From the NCBI GenBank assembly GCA_045531105.1, contig JAZSDJ010000083.1, positions 1-34,248 of the forward strand: 34,248 nucleotides of DNA, written 5' to 3'. Source of the DNA: Eubacteriales bacterium (GTDB lineage: Bacteria > Bacillota > Clostridia > Oscillospirales > CAG-272). Shown here one piece after another: positions 31,580-34,248 of this stretch (its first letter is position 1; each line of letters begins with the position of its first letter). Position numbers and translations under genes: made by a program. The notes under the pieces were generated by a model. The model searched no databases, was not told the origin of the DNA, and saw only the letters and a list, made by a program, of their open reading frames with translations.

Positions 31580-33508
31580 TTATCTTTTTTTATTTTTGTT
31601 ATTACTTTTAGGTCCGCTTTTTGAGGTCCGCTTCTTCCCTTTTGCGTCGGTTTTCGCCTTACCTCTTGCGTCGGTTTTTCCTTTTTTACCATTTCGCACT
31701 TCTTGTCTGCCGTCGGGCTTAACAAGACAATTCGCTCCGTAGCCTATAAGGTCCTCTCTACCTGCTTTTATCAGAGCCTCTCTTACAAGATTTCTGTTTT
31801 CTGGGCGACGGTATTGCAAAAGCGCCCTTTGCATAAGTTTTTCTCGATAATCGTCAGGTGCGTAAACCTTTTTCATATCAAGAGGATTTATGCCTGTATA
31901 GTACATAACTGTCGATGCAGTTCCTGGTGTTGGGTAAAAATCCTGAACTTGTTCAGGATTACAGCCTTGGTCACGAAGATAAAGCGCAAGTTCAATCGCA
32001 TCATTTAGTGTGCTACCAGGGTGCGAGGACATAAGATACGGCACAATATACTGTTCAAGTCCGTTTTCACGACACAGTTTGAAGTATTTTTCACGGAATC
32101 GGTCATAAACCTTAACATCTGGTTTGCCCATATATCTAAGCACATTTGAACTACAATGCTCTGGGGCAACTTTGAGTTGTCCACTTACATGGTCACGCAC
32201 GAGTTTTCTAAAAAACGCGTCGCTTTTATCGGCAAGCATATAGTCAAATCGGATTCCCGAGCGAATAAATACCTTTTTTACCTTTGGAAGTGCCTCGACT
32301 TGTGACAAAAGTTCAATATATTCGCTATGGTCGGCTATCAAATTCGGACAGGGGGTAGGCACAAGACACTTTCGATTGCTACAAACTCCACTTTCAAGTT
32401 GCTTTTTACAAGCGGGGTATCTAAAATTCGCAGTCGGTCCACCTATGTCGTGAATATAGCCCTTGAAATCGCTCATTTGTGTGATAAGTTTCGCTTCCTC
32501 AACAACGCTCTTTATCGAACGAGAACGAACGCTTCTGCCTTGGTGAAAAGCAAGAGCGCAAAAATTACAGCCACCAAAACAGCCTCTGTTATGAGTTATA
32601 GAGAATTTAACCTCGGAAATCGCAGGTACTCCACCCTCTTTCTCGTACACAGGGTGGTAGGTTCTCATATATGGAAGGGCGTAAACCTTGTCAAGTTCTT
32701 CCCTTTCAAGTGGAAACGCGGGTGGGTTTTGAACGAGTTTTTTGTTGTCGTAATATTCGACAATCGCTTTTCCGTTTATTGCGTCTTGGTTCTTGTATTG
32801 AACGCCAAAGGCACGCGCATATTCGTGCTTGTCCTCTTTGATTTTATTAAAGTCAAACTCCTCGGCAACGGGGTAGTTTACAGCGTCGTCTTTTGCGCAA
32901 AGATAGACACAGCCCCTCTCGTTTCGTATCTTTTTTATCGGAACTCCTTTGTCAAGAAGTTTCGCAAGCCTTAAAATTATGCTCTCGCCCATTCCGTAGG
33001 TGAGTATGTCCGCTCTACTATCGACAAGGATTGAACGACGGATTTTGTTGTCCCAGTAGTCGTAGTGGGCAAATCGACGAAGTGATGCCTCAATTCCACC
33101 AATGATAATCGGAACATCGCCGTATGCCTCTCTTATTCGGTTACAGTAAACTATTACTGCACGGTCAGGGCGCTTGCCCATTTTTCCGCCCGCTGAATAG
33201 TAGTCGTATGAGCGCTTTTTCTTTGATGCCGTATAATGCGCTACCATTGAGTCTATGTTTCCTGCACTGACAAGAAAGCCAAGGCGTGGCTTGCCAAATC
33301 TCTTGAATTCGTCGCACGACTTGTAGTCGGGCTGTGATAAAACAGCGCACGAAAATCCTGCATCTTCAAGAACTCTTGTGATGATTGCAACGCCAAAAGA
33401 CGGGTGGTCTACATATGCATCACCCGTTACATATACAAAGTCTGGTGCGCCACCATATCGCGCATCGCACTCCTCTTTTGTTATCGGTAAAAATTCCTTG
33501 CCTAACAT
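31580..33508 (-). CDS. ygiQ: YgiQ family (UPF0313) radical SAM protein
   Basis: VTGDAYVDHPSFG, GNIDSMV.HYT, GGIEASLRR.AHYDYW, RGCFGGCNFC (CxxxCxxC), SGQLKVAPEH and EQVQDFYPTP; Lys-rich tail. Confidence 0.96.
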   Translation of the reverse strand: MLGKEFLPITKEECDARYGGAPDFVYVTGDAYVDHPSFGVAIITRVLEDAGFSCAVLSQPDYKSCDEFKRFGKPRLGFLVSAGNIDSMVAHYTASKKKRSYDYYSAGGKMGKRPDRAVIVYCNRIREAYGDVPIIIGGIEASLRRFAHYDYWDNKIRRSILVDSRADILTYGMGESIILRLAKLLDKGVPIKKIRNERGCVYLCAKDDAVNYPVAEEFDFNKIKEDKHEYARAFGVQYKNQDAINGKAIVEYYDNKKLVQNPPAFPLEREELDKVYALPYMRTYHPVYEKEGGVPAISEVKFSITHNRGCFGGCNFCALAFHQGRSVRSRSIKSVVEEAKLITQMSDFKGYIHDIGGPTANFRYPACKKQLESGVCSNRKCLVPTPCPNLIADHSEYIELLSQVEALPKVKKVFIRSGIRFDYMLADKSDAFFRKLVRDHVSGQLKVAPEHCSSNVLRYMGKPDVKVYDRFREKYFKLCRENGLEQYIVPYLMSSHPGSTLNDAIELALYLRDQGCNPEQVQDFYPTPGTASTVMYYTGINPLDMKKVYAPDDYREKLMQRALLQYRRPENRNLVREALIKAGREDLIGYGANCLVKPDGRQEVRNGKKGKTDARGKAKTDAKGKKRTSKSGPKSNNKNKKR

Positions 33509-33682
33509 AATACCTCCTGTTCTTTTTCTTTGCTGAAAAGAAAAAGTACCAAAAAGAAAAGCAACTAAAATAAATTCTAAACTATCTAATCAACCACGAA
33601 GCAGTATCATTTCGCACTTGCTCGTCATTTCTCGCTTGCAACTATTTTAACATAAATTAGAGTGGTTTTGTTAATAAAAAGT

Positions 33683-33710
33683 AAAAAAGAACGCATAATG
33701 CGTTCTTTTT
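33683..33710 (-). terminator. Intrinsic terminator after the YcxB-like gene
   Basis: AAAAAGAACGCA-taa-TGCGTTCTTTTT. Confidence 0.8.
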
Positions 33711-33711
33711 C

Positions 33712-34230
33712 TTATTTCCATTTTACTCTTTTAGGTCCGAGTTTGTTTATGAAAAGTGTTTTGAGTTCTTGTCTTTGGCTATCGTCGAGTTCGGAAATGT
33801 CTACAATATATGCTTGAAGTTTGCCAATGAAAGCATATATGACTTCTTTATCTTTGACAACTCTTTGAATATAAAGATACGGAACTGTTCCTGTTTCCGT
33901 TCCCGATTGACCCTTTACGCTTATGTTGATGCCTTCGTCGTCGATAGAATATTCAACAACGCTATTGAGCGACCTTACCTTTTTTACATTTATAAAAGGC
34001 AAAATAAAATTCGTAAATACGCAAAGTAGGTCAATTATGATAATGAGCATAAGATACAAAAATGTTTTCTTAATAAACCCTTGTTGAACAAGAAGTACTG
34101 TGCATATTGAAATAACGAAGGCGGAACAAGCAATCATAAATGCCCAAAATATTTTCTTTGAAAAAGCCAAGAATAATTGAAAACGAAGTAACTTTTCTCT
34201 TGTATATGTTGTTTTTGCTTTTATTGGCAT
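33712..34230 (-). CDS. YcxB-family membrane protein
   Basis: Two N-terminal TM segments followed by a YcxB-like beta domain (YSIDDEGI, VPY..I.RV, IY.F.....AYIV); AAGGAG RBS. Confidence 0.7.
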   Translation of the reverse strand: MPIKAKTTYTREKLLRFQLFLAFSKKIFWAFMIACSAFVISICTVLLVQQGFIKKTFLYLMLIIIIDLLCVFTNFILPFINVKKVRSLNSVVEYSIDDEGINISVKGQSGTETGTVPYLYIQRVVKDKEVIYAFIGKLQAYIVDISELDDSQRQELKTLFINKLGPKRVKWK

Positions 34231-34248
34231 AATTTTCTCCTTATGTAT

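Noticed and set aside
31642-31678. 13-bp direct repeat TTGCGTCGGTTTT with a 24-bp period in the ygiQ 3' end
   Set aside because: It is an in-frame micro-duplication (KTDA twice) in a low-complexity Lys-rich tail.
32327-32974. 215-aa ORF antisense to ygiQ, and similar shadow ORFs such as 18403-19056 and 6059-6463
   Set aside because: They lie entirely opposite well-supported genes, with no RBS or domain signal.

Overview
A 34.2 kb AT-rich chromosomal window from a Firmicute, most likely a gut or rumen Clostridia lineage. This is inferred from SigA-type TTGACA-17-TGnTATAAT promoters, GGAGG ribosome-binding sites, sepF/yggT/jag, and Cys-rich BspA surface proteins. Housekeeping genes are alaS, dapA, queA-miaA-yggS-sepF-yggT-lspA-rluD-rsmG-azlC-azlD, tRNA-Ser(GGA), rpmH-rnpA-yidD-yidC-yidC-jag (rpmH is absent from the ORF track) and ygiQ. 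Accessory genes are a 1068-aa anchored surface protein, a GDPD, a transglutaminase-like protein, a lipoprotein nuclease, an LRR protein, a GH5, an unknown alpha/alpha-toroid-like protein and a lipoprotein metallophosphoesterase. No integrase, transposase, CRISPR array or rRNA is visible. Four observations stand out. (1) tRNA-Ser is sandwiched between two structured non-coding cassettes: one begins with an exact copy of the tRNA 5' end, the other ends with a copy of the 3' end including CCA and carries an antisense copy of the T-arm. (2) Both tandem yidC paralogues lack the canonical TM1 groove Arg (Gln instead) but carry an Arg in the last TM motif (YWIFR), suggesting natural relocation of the essential charge. 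(3) The rpmH operon is detached from dnaA and mnmEG. (4) A GH5, an orphan toroid protein and a phosphoesterase form a possible phosphoglycan-degradation cluster. All family calls come from motif recognition by eye; no searches were run.
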